Positions 23,420-34,208 of a DNA stretch of 64,000 nucleotides are shown here, piece by piece. The DNA comes from an uncultured delta proteobacterium (GTDB lineage: Bacteria > Myxococcota > Kuafuiibacteriia > Kuafuiibacteriales > Kuafuiibacteriaceae), in assembly GCA_963803435.1 (NCBI GenBank), contig CAWDML010000009.1, positions 1,184,001 through 1,248,000 of the forward strand, given 5' to 3'. The first letter of the stretch is position 1, and every line of letters begins with the position of its first letter. The notes beneath the pieces were generated by a model. The model searched no databases. It was given only the letters and a program-made list of their open reading frames with translations, and was not told the DNA's origin. Position numbers and translations under genes: made by a program.

Positions 23420-25935
23420 GCAGCAAGACGAGGAAGAGGCCGCTCGTGCGCGGAGCGGTGTCACTGCAGCCGCATCCGCGATCCCGTGTCTCGCCGGGTG
23501 TCACGATCGAACCGGCGTCGCGGCCGCCGTCGCTCGGCGAGCCGGCGTCCTCGAGACCTGCGTCCAGAGGCGGCGGGCACTCGCCGCAGAGGCCGTCGGC
23601 GCCGCAGCATCCGTCGGGACAGCCGGTGGTCGTGCAGTCCTCCACCACCTCGACCGCGTAGAGCGCACGGGCCGGACGCCCCGTCACCTGGTTCTTCGCC
23701 CGGGCCAGGACCCGGAGGAGACCGGTGCTCATCGGGGTGGTGGTGGTTCGACGCGCGGCCGCCAGGGGCTGCTCTTCGCTCCCGTCATAGCCGAGGTCCC
23801 ACGCGATCAGGACGTCATCGGGATCGCCGCCGGGCTGGGAGACCGTCGCGTCGATCGTGATCTCGTGACCGACCACCGCGGTGGCAGGCCCCGAGAGCGC
23901 GAGCGAGGGCGGGGCTGGTGCCACGTACGTCGAGCCGAAGATCGCGCGCCCGAGATCGATCTTGCCGTAGCCGTAGGCCTCGTTGGGGACGTCGCCGGTG
24001 AAGGCGTCGACCCGGGCGGTGCCGGTCAAGAGCGACTCGATCGCCTGATGGCTGAACGGGACCCCGCTCGACAGCAGCACGGCCGCAGCGCCGGCGGTGT
24101 GGGGGAGGGCACCGCTGGTCCCGCCGAACGAGCCGTAGAACACCCCGGGATCAGGGGAGGCGGCGGGTGAGAAGGGATCGTCGGGGGCGGAGACGTCGAT
24201 GACGGGAGCGCCGTCAATCCGGGGCCCCATGCCGGAGTAGCTGCGCCGCTCGTCGACCGCGCCCCAGCCGTAGATCTGGAGATCGTGGCGCCCGCCGTAG
24301 GCCGCCACCGCGATGACCTCGTCGGAGGTGGACGGCATCAGCGCGCTGCCGGCGTCGGTGAGGTTCGACAGCCACGACACGCCCTTGCCCCAGCCCGCCT
24401 GGTCGTCGAACAGCACGCCGCGAACGCGGGGCACGACCACCGAAGAGGTGGCGGCGACCTCGAGCGTGAGCACGGTCTGAGGGATCACGCCGCCGTTCTG
24501 CGCCGTGCCGACGATGAGGACGCTACCGTTTCCGTGCGACGTCTCGTCCGAGTAGGCGTCGAGGCGCACGCCGTCGAGGACGCCGGTGGTGGCACCGGGA
24601 GCCACGTCGAAGGTACCGCCGGAGAGGCCGCGGACCGCTACCGAGAGCGCCCCCCGCGGCGCGTTCCAGTGCACGTTGAGCCAGAACGCCTGAAACGCGT
24701 AGAAGCCCATGCCGTCGGTGGTGAGGTCGGCCTGTCGCGCGCTGCCCACGTTCGCGAGCTCCATGACGTGGTCGGCGTTGGCCAGGTTCCCGGCGGCGGC
24801 GAGCTGCACCATGCCGTCGGCGGCGGCGTCGCTGAGCGCGGTCTCGAAGGGGCCGGAGCCGTCCTGCGCGTCCGCCGGAGAGTCCCACTCGTAGAAGCTG
24901 ACGTGCGCTCCCAGCGCGCGCGCCTCGGCGAGCCCGACGACCGGATCGTCTTCGGTGATGAGGACCAGCTCGGCCTCGGGCGCGATCCCCGTGTAGCGCC
25001 GCCTGCCGATCGCGCCGGCGGAGACGATCCCGATGGCGCCGGTGCCGTGGGAGAGATCGAAGTCGTTGGCGGGATATCGAGTGAGGCTCTGGCCACGCAC
25101 ATAGGAGGTGCCGCGCACGACGACCGCGCGGACCTTGGGAGTCCCGAGGCGGATCAGGTGCTCGAAGCGGTCGATCGTTCCGCTGCGATCGACGTCGTCA
25201 CCCACGAACGTCGGCTCTGAGAGCCCGGGCGTGGTCTCGTCGAAGCCGGCGCCGGCGGTGCGGCGGCCGTCGTGATCGAGATCGACGTAGAGCCAGTCGA
25301 GGTCGGGCTGGTAGCCCACGGCGGCGATCCGGTCGCCGGTGTAGATGTCCTCGGCGACCCCGTCGAGGAGGTCGAGCGTCGACTCGAACGTGCCGTCGCC
25401 GTCGAGAATCTACGCCGTCGCCGGCGCCGGCGCGGCCGTCACCGTTGCGATCCTCGAAGTCGTAGAGGCCGCCGTCGAGAAAGTAAAAGTCGGGGTGGAA
25501 GATGTTCCAGCCCCCTTCGTGATCGGCCACCACGATGCCTTGACCTGCGAAGCCGCTCTCCTCCTGGGGCGCGGACCACGCGTAGGGCGCACCGACCTTG
25601 CCGGCGGTGACGTCGAGCGGCGTGGCGCGAACGGGCGGGATCACGGGGTCGATCCGCAGGACGCCTGGGACGGCCGCCACGCGCGCCAGGTCCGCCTGCC
25701 GGACGTCGACCGAGACCACCCGACCCACCACCGCGAGGCCGCCCATGGCCAGCTCGACCGGCTTCGCGCCCGCCCGCTCGATCGCCCGAAGATCCGGCGG
25801 AGCAACCCGCTCGACGAAGCGGACGGCGGCGCGCACCGGGCCCGCTCGGCGCGGCGAGAGGAGGCGCGGCGAGACGTGTCCGGGTCGGGCGGGAGCGACG
25901 ACGGCCAGAATGAGCAGAGCGGAGAGTGGGCCCAC
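23367..25935 (-). CDS. S8 (subtilisin-like) protease with MYXO-CTERM tail; one frameshift at 25406-25410
   Basis: Signal peptide; IVVADH...HPDF, SHGT, AAAGN, GGTSGALPH; DxDxDG-rich insert; GCGC...LLLRRAR tail; removing one base joins ORFs 25198-25935 and 23367-25319 (DGVDLDGDGTFES). Confidence 0.85.
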
Positions 25936-25963
25936 CTCCGGATTGTAGGGGGTCGGGGTGGCG

Positions 25964-27187
25964 CTACTGCACCGGGTGATCGTCGGTCACGGGCCGCTGG
26001 GGGAGCTGCTTGATCTCGAGGCTCTTCTTGAGGAGCGGCGGCTGCTGTCCGGGCTTGAGCTGGATCATGGGCGCCTTGGTGTCGCCGCCGATGGGCTTGG
26101 CACGGCCGGCGTTGATCACGCTCTCGTCGCCCTTCACGAAGATCTCGATCTTGGAGTCGTCCTTCCACTTCTGGAGCGCCTCGCGGATCGCCGTGTTGCG
26201 CTGGCGGGCCTCGAGCGAGCGCTCGATCTGCTCCTTGACCTCGGCGTACGGCTTCTTGCGGGCCGGCTTGTGGTCGGTCTTCTTGATGATGTGGAAGCCG
26301 AACTGGGTCTCGACCACGCCCGAGACCTGGCCGTTCTTGAGCTTCCAGGCGGCATCGTCGAACGCCTTGACCATGCGGCCCTTCGTGAAGAAGCCGAGGT
26401 CGCCGCCGCGATCCTTGGTGGGATCTTCGCCGAACTCCTTGGCGAGCGCGGCGAAGTCGCCCTTCTTGGCCTTCTTCGCCACGTCGTCCGCGATCTTCTT
26501 CTTCTCCGCCTTCACCTCGGGGCTGGCGCCGGGCGGGACGCGGATCAGGATGTGGCTGGCGCGGATCTGCTCGGGCTCGTCGTAGCGCGCCTGATTCTTG
26601 TCGTAGAAGTCCTTCACCTCTTCAGGCTTGATCTCGACGCTCTCGGAGACCTTGGCGAAGACCTTCTCCCGGATCAGGTTCTGATCGAACTGCCGGCGCA
26701 CGTCCTCCTCGGAGGTCCCGGCGCGCTCGAGGAAGGCCTTGAACGCCTCCTCGGAGCCATAGCGCTTCTTGTGCTCGGCCCACTTCGACTCGCGCTCCTC
26801 GTTGGTGACCTCGATCGCGAACTTCTTCGCCTGCTGCTCGATGATCTCGGCGTCGACCAGGCGGCGCACGATGTTGTCCTTGAGCCGCTCGTACAGCGCG
26901 GGCTTCACGTCGTGCCGGGCCTTCTGGTAGCGCTCGATGGTCTGGGTGAACTCGCGGTTGAAGACGTCGCGCGGGACGTCCACGCCGTTGACCTTGGCGA
27001 CCGGGCCGTCGCCCGGTGGGAGCTCGACCTTCTCGGTGGCCGGCGGCGCGGGGTTGGCCGGCTCGACCTTCTGTTTGAGGGCGGCGGCCGCGCTGCTCGG
27101 GTCTTCCTTTTTCTCCTCCTCCGTGGAGGGACAGGCGGCGAGCGTCGCCGCGAGAACGACGAGTAATCCCGACTCAATGCGAAGCAT
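25964..27187 (-). CDS. PrsA/SurA-like PpiC parvulin peptidyl-prolyl isomerase lipoprotein
   Basis: Lipobox LAAC, PVAKVNG, IRASHILI, DFAALAKE, GGDLGFF, VETQFGFHIIK; ATG 27187 preferred over GTG 27205. Confidence 0.9.
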   Translation of the reverse strand: MLRIESGLLVVLAATLAACPSTEEEKKEDPSSAAAALKQKVEPANPAPPATEKVELPPGDGPVAKVNGVDVPRDVFNREFTQTIERYQKARHDVKPALYERLKDNIVRRLVDAEIIEQQAKKFAIEVTNEERESKWAEHKKRYGSEEAFKAFLERAGTSEEDVRRQFDQNLIREKVFAKVSESVEIKPEEVKDFYDKNQARYDEPEQIRASHILIRVPPGASPEVKAEKKKIADDVAKKAKKGDFAALAKEFGEDPTKDRGGDLGFFTKGRMVKAFDDAAWKLKNGQVSGVVETQFGFHIIKKTDHKPARKKPYAEVKEQIERSLEARQRNTAIREALQKWKDDSKIEIFVKGDESVINAGRAKPIGGDTKAPMIQLKPGQQPPLLKKSLEIKQLPQRPVTDDHPVQ

Positions 27188-27281
27188 GCCGAGGGGCTTA
27201 ATCACTCCCGCCTCGAGGCGTCAACCGGCCGCACGTCTAAGCGAATGATTTTCGACGATTTTCCGACGTCTTGGGACGCGC

Positions 27282-29519
27282 GTGTGTCCATGGTCGCAGC
27301 CGTTGGATCGACCGCTCGCCGGGGCCGGGCTCGCGTTCCTGCTCGGCGCCCTCGCCGGGAAGGTCGCGCTGGTCGCCCTGGGACCGGCCGCCGTCGCGGC
27401 GATCGCTGCGCGCCGAGGGGCGGCCGTCGCGCTGGCGCTCTTCGGGATCGCGGGCGTGCTCGCCGCCGAGACCGCGCCCCCCGCCGCGCCGCTCCTGGCG
27501 CGCGGGACCTGGGTCCTCGAGGGCGAGATCCAGGAGGCGGAGGGGGATCGAGTCGAGATCCAGCTCGCCGGCGCCGCGCCCGTCGGTCGTCCGCTCGCGC
27601 CCGCGGACGGGCGCCTCCCGGTCTTCGGCGACCGGGGCGCCTGCGGCGAGGGCGATCGGGCGCGCCTCCTCGTCCGCACGCACACCGTGTCGCCGTTCGG
27701 GTTCCCGGGCGAGCGCGCGCCACCTCGGCACACGGTCGGGTCCATCGTCCGTTGCCGGCCGATCCGATCGTCCAGCGGAGCGCATCCGATCGATCGGCTC
27801 CGGCGCCGCATGCGCGCTGCGATCGATCGCGCGTTGCCGCCGCGGCAGGCCGCCGTCGTCGCCGCGATGGCGATCGGCGATCGCACGGGCTGCGATCCGG
27901 AGATGCGCCGGGACTTCTCCGACGCCGGCCTCTCGCATCTGCTCGCCGTCAGCGGCCAGCACCTCTCGATCGTGGCCTCCCTGTTCACGGTGGTCCTGGG
28001 TGGACTGTTCGCCCGGATCTCCTGCATCCGCGACCGGGCCGGCCAGCGGCGTCCTGCTGCGCTCCTCGCCCTCGCGCTGGTCTTCCTCTACACGCTGCTG
28101 GTCGGCGCGCCGCCGTCGGCGGTGCGCGCCGCGATCATGGTGGCCGTCATGCTCGCAGGGACGCTGATCGATCGCCGCCGCGAGGCCTGGAGCGCGCTGG
28201 CGCTCGCAGCCATCCTGATGATCGCGCGCGATCCGCCGGTGCTGGGATCGCTCTCCTTCCAGCTGTCCTTCGCCGCGGTGGCCGGCCTGCTCGCGCTCGA
28301 TCGCCCGCTCGAGGCCCGGCTGGCGCTGCGCCGCCGGCCGCGGCTCGTCCGCGGGATCGCCTCGATCATGATCACCAGCCTCGCGGCCACCGCCGGCACC
28401 GCTCCGATCCTGGCCTACCGCTTCGGGCGGATCTCGGCGATCGGGCTCGTGGCCAACGTCCCGGCGGCGCCGCTGGTGGGGCTGCTGCTCCTGCCGCTCT
28501 CGCTCCTCGGCAGCCTGGCGGCCGTCGTCTTCGAGCCCATGGGACGGCCGCTGCTGAGCGCCGCCGGCTTCGCCGCCGAGGCCCTGATCCGGCTGGCCCG
28601 GATCGCGGCGTCGGCGCCGTTCGCGACCTGGTCGGCCTCGCCGCTCGAGACCGTCCTCCTCATAGCCGCGCTGTCGGCCGAGCTGCTGGGGCGGCGGCGC
28701 CGGCTGGCGCTCCTCTGCGGGCTCACGCTGGCGGTCGCGGTGGGCGCCGATCGCTGGCCGGCCGGGGCAACGGGCGAGCTGGTGATGACCGCGCTCCCGG
28801 TGGGGCAAGGGACGGCGGTGCTGATCGAGACGCCGGAGGGGCCGCGGATGCTGGTCGACACCGGCCCGCCCGACACCGCCGAGCGGGTGCTCCTCCCGTA
28901 TCTGAACGCGCGCCGGATCGACCACCTCGACCTGGTGGTGCTCAGCCACCCGCACGCCGATCACACCGGCGGCTTCGCGCCGCTCGCCCGCCGGGTGGCG
29001 ATCGATCGCGTGTGGACGAACGGCGATCGCCGCGAGGCGCTCCCCGACCTCTCGGGCCGGGATGCTCGGACCGTCACCGCGACGGTCACCGAGCTGGGCG
29101 GGATCCGGGTCGAGGTGCTGCACGCCGAGCCGCACGCGGTGAGCGTCAACGACGGGTCGATCGTCCTCCGCCTCTCGTACCGGGGGCGCGCGATCCTCCT
29201 GGCCGGCGACGCCGAGCGCTCGGCCGAGCGCGAGATGCTGGCGTCCGGGCGCGACCTCTCCGCGGACGTGCTGGTGGTCGGGCACCACGGGAGCGCCACC
29301 TCGTCGAGCGAGGCCTTCCTCGAGCGCGTCCACCCGTCGATCGCGGTGGTGCCGGTCGGTCGCGACAACGCGTTTCACCACCCGAACCCGGGCGTGATGG
29401 CCCGGCTGGCGCGGCGCGGCGTCCGGGTGCTGCGCACCGATCTCTTGGGCGCGATCACGGTGCGGACCGATGGGTCGGAGATCAGCGCGACGGCGTTTCT
29501 GCCGGCGCCTCCGCCTTGA
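27282..29519 (+). CDS. comEC: DNA internalisation competence protein ComEC/Rec2
   Basis: GLSHLLAVSGQH, PSAVRAAIM, SFQLSF, VGQG, LSHPHADHTGG, NDGSIV, GDAE, GHHGS, NAFHHP, RTDLLGAI. Confidence 0.93.
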   Translation: MCPWSQPLDRPLAGAGLAFLLGALAGKVALVALGPAAVAAIAARRGAAVALALFGIAGVLAAETAPPAAPLLARGTWVLEGEIQEAEGDRVEIQLAGAAPVGRPLAPADGRLPVFGDRGACGEGDRARLLVRTHTVSPFGFPGERAPPRHTVGSIVRCRPIRSSSGAHPIDRLRRRMRAAIDRALPPRQAAVVAAMAIGDRTGCDPEMRRDFSDAGLSHLLAVSGQHLSIVASLFTVVLGGLFARISCIRDRAGQRRPAALLALALVFLYTLLVGAPPSAVRAAIMVAVMLAGTLIDRRREAWSALALAAILMIARDPPVLGSLSFQLSFAAVAGLLALDRPLEARLALRRRPRLVRGIASIMITSLAATAGTAPILAYRFGRISAIGLVANVPAAPLVGLLLLPLSLLGSLAAVVFEPMGRPLLSAAGFAAEALIRLARIAASAPFATWSASPLETVLLIAALSAELLGRRRRLALLCGLTLAVAVGADRWPAGATGELVMTALPVGQGTAVLIETPEGPRMLVDTGPPDTAERVLLPYLNARRIDHLDLVVLSHPHADHTGGFAPLARRVAIDRVWTNGDRREALPDLSGRDARTVTATVTELGGIRVEVLHAEPHAVSVNDGSIVLRLSYRGRAILLAGDAERSAEREMLASGRDLSADVLVVGHHGSATSSSEAFLERVHPSIAVVPVGRDNAFHHPNPGVMARLARRGVRVLRTDLLGAITVRTDGSEISATAFLPAPPP

Positions 29520-31206
29520 GCCTCTTCTGCTCTCTCAGGATGGCGGCGGCCACCGCGATCCAGATCATCACCAGGACCAGGTTCGCGATGGAGAAGGCGC
29601 GTACGCTCCACACCAGCGCCTGCCCGGCGATCACCAGCAGCGTGGAGCCGACGTCGCCCAGGCGGACGAACAGCGTGTCGACCGCCTGCTTCGCCTTGTA
29701 TTTCATCTCCCGGGAGGTCGGGAGCCACAGCATCTGGCGGAGCGTGTTGTTGAGCGAGTAGTCCGTCGCGTTCTCGGCGATCTTGCCCACGCGGATGACC
29801 GGAAGCATGGGGAAGAGCGTGAAGGCGAGGGCGTCGGCCAGCGCGATCACCGGCAGGCAGAAGAACGAGAAGCCGAACCCGGCGTACTTCACGAGGCGGG
29901 AGACAACGAGCATCTGGAGCAGTACACCGAGCACGTTGACGTAGAAGTAGAAGCTGCCGTAGGCCGCCGAGATCACGTTCTTGGTGCAGGCCTTCTTCCA
30001 CTGCTCGTAGCCGTAGCTGGCCTCGTCGACGTGGATCCCGCGCGCCGAGAGCGCCGCGATCTTGCCTTCGGACTCGAGCTGCCGGTACAGGTCCTGGTCC
30101 ACCAGGAAATGCTTCACGCCGGCCTTCTCCAGGTCCTGGACGCGAGCGAGGAACGGCGCCGTCTCCTCGAAGGAGAGCGCGACCACGTCGCTGTGCTCAC
30201 CCGGGAGACGGATGCGGTCCTCATCGGCACCCTCGATGGTCTCGGCGGAGATGCCCTTCTTCGCGTAGTGGGACTCGACGGCGTAGCGCGCGGATTCGAT
30301 CCGCACCGCGGTCTTGGCGGTGTCGAGGTACTCGATGTCGCCGGTGGCCCCGGCGCGGGCCGCCGTCACCGCCTTGCTGGCGGCCTCACCGATCAAGCGG
30401 CCGACCAGGTACTCGCCGTTGGTGTTCACCACCGTGAAGACCAGCGAGAAGATGGCGATCAGCAGCAGGTACTTGTGCTTGAAGACCAGGGCATACGCGC
30501 CCTCCTTCGACATCTCGGGCTTGGGCTCCGGCTGCGCCTGCGTGTCGGGCGCATCGCTCGCGACCCGCTGCTCGCGGCGGGACTCTCGCACGTGGACCAC
30601 CTGCGAGAGGAACGCGCAGACGGAGAGCAGCGCCGCCGCCAGCAGCAGCATGGTGTAGACGCCGAGCGGCGCCGAGATCAGGTCGGCGATCTTGCTGCCC
30701 ACGGCCGCGCCCACCGACGCGCCCAGGCCCACCAGCGCGAAGAGGCGCTTGCCTTGCTCCTCGGTGTACACGTCGTTGGCGAAGGCCCAAAACTGCGCCA
30801 CCACCATCATGTTGAAGATGCCCACCCACACGAAGAAGATCAGCCCGAGGTACGCCTCCACGATCGGGATGGCGCGGAGCACGTAGAACAGGACCAGGTT
30901 CGAGGTGAAGAAGAGCGTCACGCCCACCACCAGGCGGTTGCGCGGCAGGCGGCTGGCGAGGCGGGAGTAGGCGGGGACGGCGAAGAGGAGGGCGAGCGCG
31001 ATGGCCGCGCCCATGTAGCTCTTGTACTCGGCGCCGCCTTTCATCACCAGGATCAGCGCCTCGCGGACCGGCTTGATCAGGTAGTACGCGGTCAAGAGGA
31101 GGAATACGTTCAAGGTGAGCAAGAGCGCGGTCGGTCCTTCGCCCGCCTTGACCTCGGTGATGACGCCGAGGGTCCGCTCGAGCAGGGACCGCCTTCTGTC
31201 CGCCAT
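29482..31206 (-). CDS. NTT/TLC-like (ADP/ATP carrier family) MFS transporter with a large loop insertion
   Basis: AYYLIKPVREAL, QFWAFANDVY...GKRLF, KIAENATDYSLNNT, KYKAKQAVDT; many TM segments. Confidence 0.85.
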   Translation of the reverse strand: MADRRRSLLERTLGVITEVKAGEGPTALLLTLNVFLLLTAYYLIKPVREALILVMKGGAEYKSYMGAAIALALLFAVPAYSRLASRLPRNRLVVGVTLFFTSNLVLFYVLRAIPIVEAYLGLIFFVWVGIFNMMVVAQFWAFANDVYTEEQGKRLFALVGLGASVGAAVGSKIADLISAPLGVYTMLLLAAALLSVCAFLSQVVHVRESRREQRVASDAPDTQAQPEPKPEMSKEGAYALVFKHKYLLLIAIFSLVFTVVNTNGEYLVGRLIGEAASKAVTAARAGATGDIEYLDTAKTAVRIESARYAVESHYAKKGISAETIEGADEDRIRLPGEHSDVVALSFEETAPFLARVQDLEKAGVKHFLVDQDLYRQLESEGKIAALSARGIHVDEASYGYEQWKKACTKNVISAAYGSFYFYVNVLGVLLQMLVVSRLVKYAGFGFSFFCLPVIALADALAFTLFPMLPVIRVGKIAENATDYSLNNTLRQMLWLPTSREMKYKAKQAVDTLFVRLGDVGSTLLVIAGQALVWSVRAFSIANLVLVMIWIAVAAAILREQKRLKAEAPAETPSR

Positions 31207-31221
31207 GCGGCGGCGACGTTG

Positions 31222-32808
31222 TCAGGGATCTTTCGTCGCCACAAGGGCGACAGCCGCGTCGCCGGCGAGGGCGCGACGATCGATCTTCCCGGTGCCGGTC
31301 CGGGGGAGCTGTCGCCGGATCACCACCGCCTCCGGGATCATGTATCGGGGGAGCTTGGCCGCCAGCCGTGCGTGCAGCACCGAGAGGTCGAGGCTCTCGG
31401 CCGCCTGCACGAACATCACTAGGAGATGGGAGAGCTCCTCGTGCGGGACCGGCACCACACAGACGGCGTCGACGCCCGCCATTCCCGCCGCCACTGACTC
31501 GACCTCGCCCAGCTCCACCCGGAAGCCGCGGCACTTGACGGCGGCGTCGGCGCGTCCCCGGAAGAGGAGGTCGCCCCGCTCGTCGAACGCGACCCGATCG
31601 CCGGTCTTGTAGACGATCTGGCGGCGCTCGGGCGCGTGCGGGTGCTGGACGAAGGCGGCGGCGGTCCGCTCGGGATCGTTCCAGTAGCCGCTGGCGACGG
31701 CCCCGCCGACGACGTAGAGCTCGCCCTCGAGGTTCGGCTCCTCGATCGGATCGCCGTCGTCGTCGAGCACCAGCACCGCGTAGTTGGGGAAGGGCCGGCC
31801 GATCGGAAGCACGTCCTCGGGGACCTCGCCGATCCGATGGTACGTGGAGGAGTTGGCCTCGGTCTGCCCGTAGACGTTGAGCAGCTCGGCGTGCGGCACC
31901 AGCGCCCGCAGCCGCGCCAGGTGCTTCAGCGGGAACGGCTCGCCCGCGAACATGATCAGGCGGAGCCGTGAGAGATCGCGGGTCTCCAGCCCGCCCTTCA
32001 CGATCAGCTGCACCAGCGCCGACGGCACCGAGTTCCACACGGTGATGCCGGCGCGCTCGATCAGCTCGGCGACCCGCGGCGGGAACGCGAGCCACGGCTC
32101 CGGGATCAGCGCCACCGAGGCGCCGGCCGCGAAGGCGCAGAACAGATCGATGATCGACAGATCGAAGTTGAACGGGGCGTGCGAGGCCAGGACGTCGGAG
32201 GGCATCAGGCCGAACGTCTCGGTGGCGGTCCGCACGAAGCACAGCGACTGGCCGTGGGTGATGGCCACGCCCTTGGGCGTCCCGGTGGAGCCGCTCGTGT
32301 AGAGCACGTAGGCCAGGTCCTGATCGGTGCCCTCCAGGAGATCGCCGGGGGCCGCGGCTCGGTCCACCGGCACGACCTGCGCCGCCAACCCGGGCCCGAC
32401 CTCGGTGCCCGCAGGGACGAGGAGGGCGTCGACGAGCGGTGTCTCCAGGGCGAGCGTCCCCAGCTCGGCCAGCGGGCGCCCGGCCGCGAACAGCGCCGAG
32501 ACGCCGCAGTGCTCGAGGATGAAGCGCGCGCGCTCGGGCGGCGATCCCGGATCGACCGGCACGTAGGCGGCCCCCGAGCCCAGAATGCCGAGGAGCGCCG
32601 CCACGCCCTCGACGCTCTTCGGCTGATAGAGGCCCACGCGATCGCCGGGCCCGACGCCGGCCGCCGCAAGCTGTCCTGCGATCTGTCGCGCCCGCGCCGA
32701 GAGCTCGCCGTACGTGAGTCGCTCGTCCTTCATGCGGACGGCGGGCGCCTCGGGCGTGCGGTCCGCGACCGCCTCCACCAGGCCGTGCAGCGTGAACGGC
32801 GCCGTCAC
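31222..32808 (-). CDS. Stand-alone amino-acid adenylation enzyme (prolyl-PCP ligase-like)
   Basis: GTG 32808 overlaps the upstream TGA; YVPVDP, YVLYTSGSTGTPKG, FDLS, WNSVPS, FAGE, NVYGQTE, YKTGD, GFRVELGE, PRYMIP, GKIDR. Confidence 0.9.
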   Translation of the reverse strand: MTAPFTLHGLVEAVADRTPEAPAVRMKDERLTYGELSARARQIAGQLAAAGVGPGDRVGLYQPKSVEGVAALLGILGSGAAYVPVDPGSPPERARFILEHCGVSALFAAGRPLAELGTLALETPLVDALLVPAGTEVGPGLAAQVVPVDRAAAPGDLLEGTDQDLAYVLYTSGSTGTPKGVAITHGQSLCFVRTATETFGLMPSDVLASHAPFNFDLSIIDLFCAFAAGASVALIPEPWLAFPPRVAELIERAGITVWNSVPSALVQLIVKGGLETRDLSRLRLIMFAGEPFPLKHLARLRALVPHAELLNVYGQTEANSSTYHRIGEVPEDVLPIGRPFPNYAVLVLDDDGDPIEEPNLEGELYVVGGAVASGYWNDPERTAAAFVQHPHAPERRQIVYKTGDRVAFDERGDLLFRGRADAAVKCRGFRVELGEVESVAAGMAGVDAVCVVPVPHEELSHLLVMFVQAAESLDLSVLHARLAAKLPRYMIPEAVVIRRQLPRTGTGKIDRRALAGDAAVALVATKDP

Positions 32809-33959
32809 AGCAGACCCAGCCAGCGGGCGATGATGTTCCGCTGGATGTCCGATGTTCCCGAGTAGAGGATGCTGCCCACCGAGTCGCGCAGCATGCGCTC
32901 CATCTCGTACTCGGCCGTGTAGCCGTAGCCGCCGTGGATCGCGACGGCGTCGAGCGACGACTGCACGTAGGCCTCCGAGACGTAGAGCTTCGCGATCGCG
33001 GCCTCCATCACCGCGCGCTGTCCCTGGTCCTTGAGCCAGGCGACCTTGTAGAGCATCTGGCGGCCCACCTCGATCCGCACCTTCATGTCGGCGACCCGAT
33101 TGCTGACGCTCTGGAACTTGCCGATCGGCTGGCCGAACTGCACCCGATCCTTGGCGTACTGGACGCAGTCCTCGAGCTGCCGCTCCATCGCGCCCAGGTG
33201 GCACGCGAACAGGCACGAGCGCTCCCACTCCATCTCGCTGGAGAAGATGGCGGCGCCGGCGCCCTTCTTGCCGAGCATGGCCGTGGCGGGCACGCGGACG
33301 CCGTCGAGCACGACCTCGGCCATCGGCGAGGTCCTGAGGCCCATCTTGTGGATCGGCTCGCCGATCGAGACGCCGGGCGTGGCGACGTCGACCAGGAAGG
33401 CGCTGATGCCGCCGCCGAAGCCCTTCGACTTGCCGGTGGAGGCGAAGATGATCAGCACGTCCGCGATCGGCGCGTTGGTGATGAAGGTCTTGGTCCCGTC
33501 GATCACCCACTCGCCGCCGAGCCCGCGGGCCGTGGTCTGCATCGCGAAGGCGTCGGAGCCGGAGTTCGGCTCGGTGGTGGCGTGGCCTCCGATGATCTCT
33601 CCGGTGCAGAGCTTCGGCAGGTAGCGCGCCTTCTGCTCCTCGGATCCGAAGTGGAGGATCGGCAGCTCACAGGTCCACATCTGGGTGTTGACGGCAAACG
33701 CCAGGCCCTGGTCGTCGGCGCCGTACCCGAGCGCCTCCATGGCGACCATGCAGCTCACCACGTCGAGGCCGAGGCCGCCGTAGCGCTCCGGTACGGCCAG
33801 CCCGAGCAGGCCCATCTCGCCGCAGGCCCGGAACCCCTCGCGATCGAACTCGCACTTGACGTCGCGGTCGACCACGCCGCCGTTCAGACGCTGGCGCGCG
33901 AACTCGACGATCTGGGAGCGGAAGAGCTGCTGCTCCTCCGTCAGGGAGAAGTCGATCAT
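32805..33959 (-). CDS. Acyl-CoA dehydrogenase family, L-prolyl-PCP dehydrogenase-like (PltE/RedW type)
   Basis: TEPNSGSDA, GTKTFITNAP, KMGLRTSP, MEWERSC, RVQFGQPIGKFQ, IHGGYGY, YSGTSDIQRN; lies between a carrier protein and an A domain. Confidence 0.85.
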   Translation of the reverse strand: MIDFSLTEEQQLFRSQIVEFARQRLNGGVVDRDVKCEFDREGFRACGEMGLLGLAVPERYGGLGLDVVSCMVAMEALGYGADDQGLAFAVNTQMWTCELPILHFGSEEQKARYLPKLCTGEIIGGHATTEPNSGSDAFAMQTTARGLGGEWVIDGTKTFITNAPIADVLIIFASTGKSKGFGGGISAFLVDVATPGVSIGEPIHKMGLRTSPMAEVVLDGVRVPATAMLGKKGAGAAIFSSEMEWERSCLFACHLGAMERQLEDCVQYAKDRVQFGQPIGKFQSVSNRVADMKVRIEVGRQMLYKVAWLKDQGQRAVMEAAIAKLYVSEAYVQSSLDAVAIHGGYGYTAEYEMERMLRDSVGSILYSGTSDIQRNIIARWLGLL

Positions 33960-34198
33960 TGCTTGGAGGCGAGGAGCTTGGTGATGTCGTCCAGGGTCTC
34001 GAAGTTCTCCGGGACCAGATCCGCGTCTCCGATCTTCACGTGAAACTCCTTCTCGATGAAGTCGACCAGCTTCATGATCCCGAGCGAATCGATGATGCCG
34101 CTCTCGACGAGCGACTCTCGCTCCACGTCGATGTTGCCTCGCCCGTGGGCGAGCTCGCGTCGGATGAAGCCGAGAAGCTTCGAGCGGGCGTCGGTCAC
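33956..34198 (-). CDS. Peptidyl/acyl carrier protein
   Basis: 80 aa, SGIIDSLGIMKLVDFIE (phosphopantetheine Ser), PENFETL. Confidence 0.9.
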   Translation of the reverse strand: MTDARSKLLGFIRRELAHGRGNIDVERESLVESGIIDSLGIMKLVDFIEKEFHVKIGDADLVPENFETLDDITKLLASKQ

Positions 34199-34208
34199 GA
34201 CCTCGGGT

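Noticed and set aside
27237-29761. Long alternative-frame and antisense ORFs (also 9803-11833, 19184-21454, 43357-46095)
   Set aside because: Shadow ORFs expected in high-GC DNA; Arg/Pro/Gly-rich or mirror-codon composition, no motifs, and they overlap well-supported genes.
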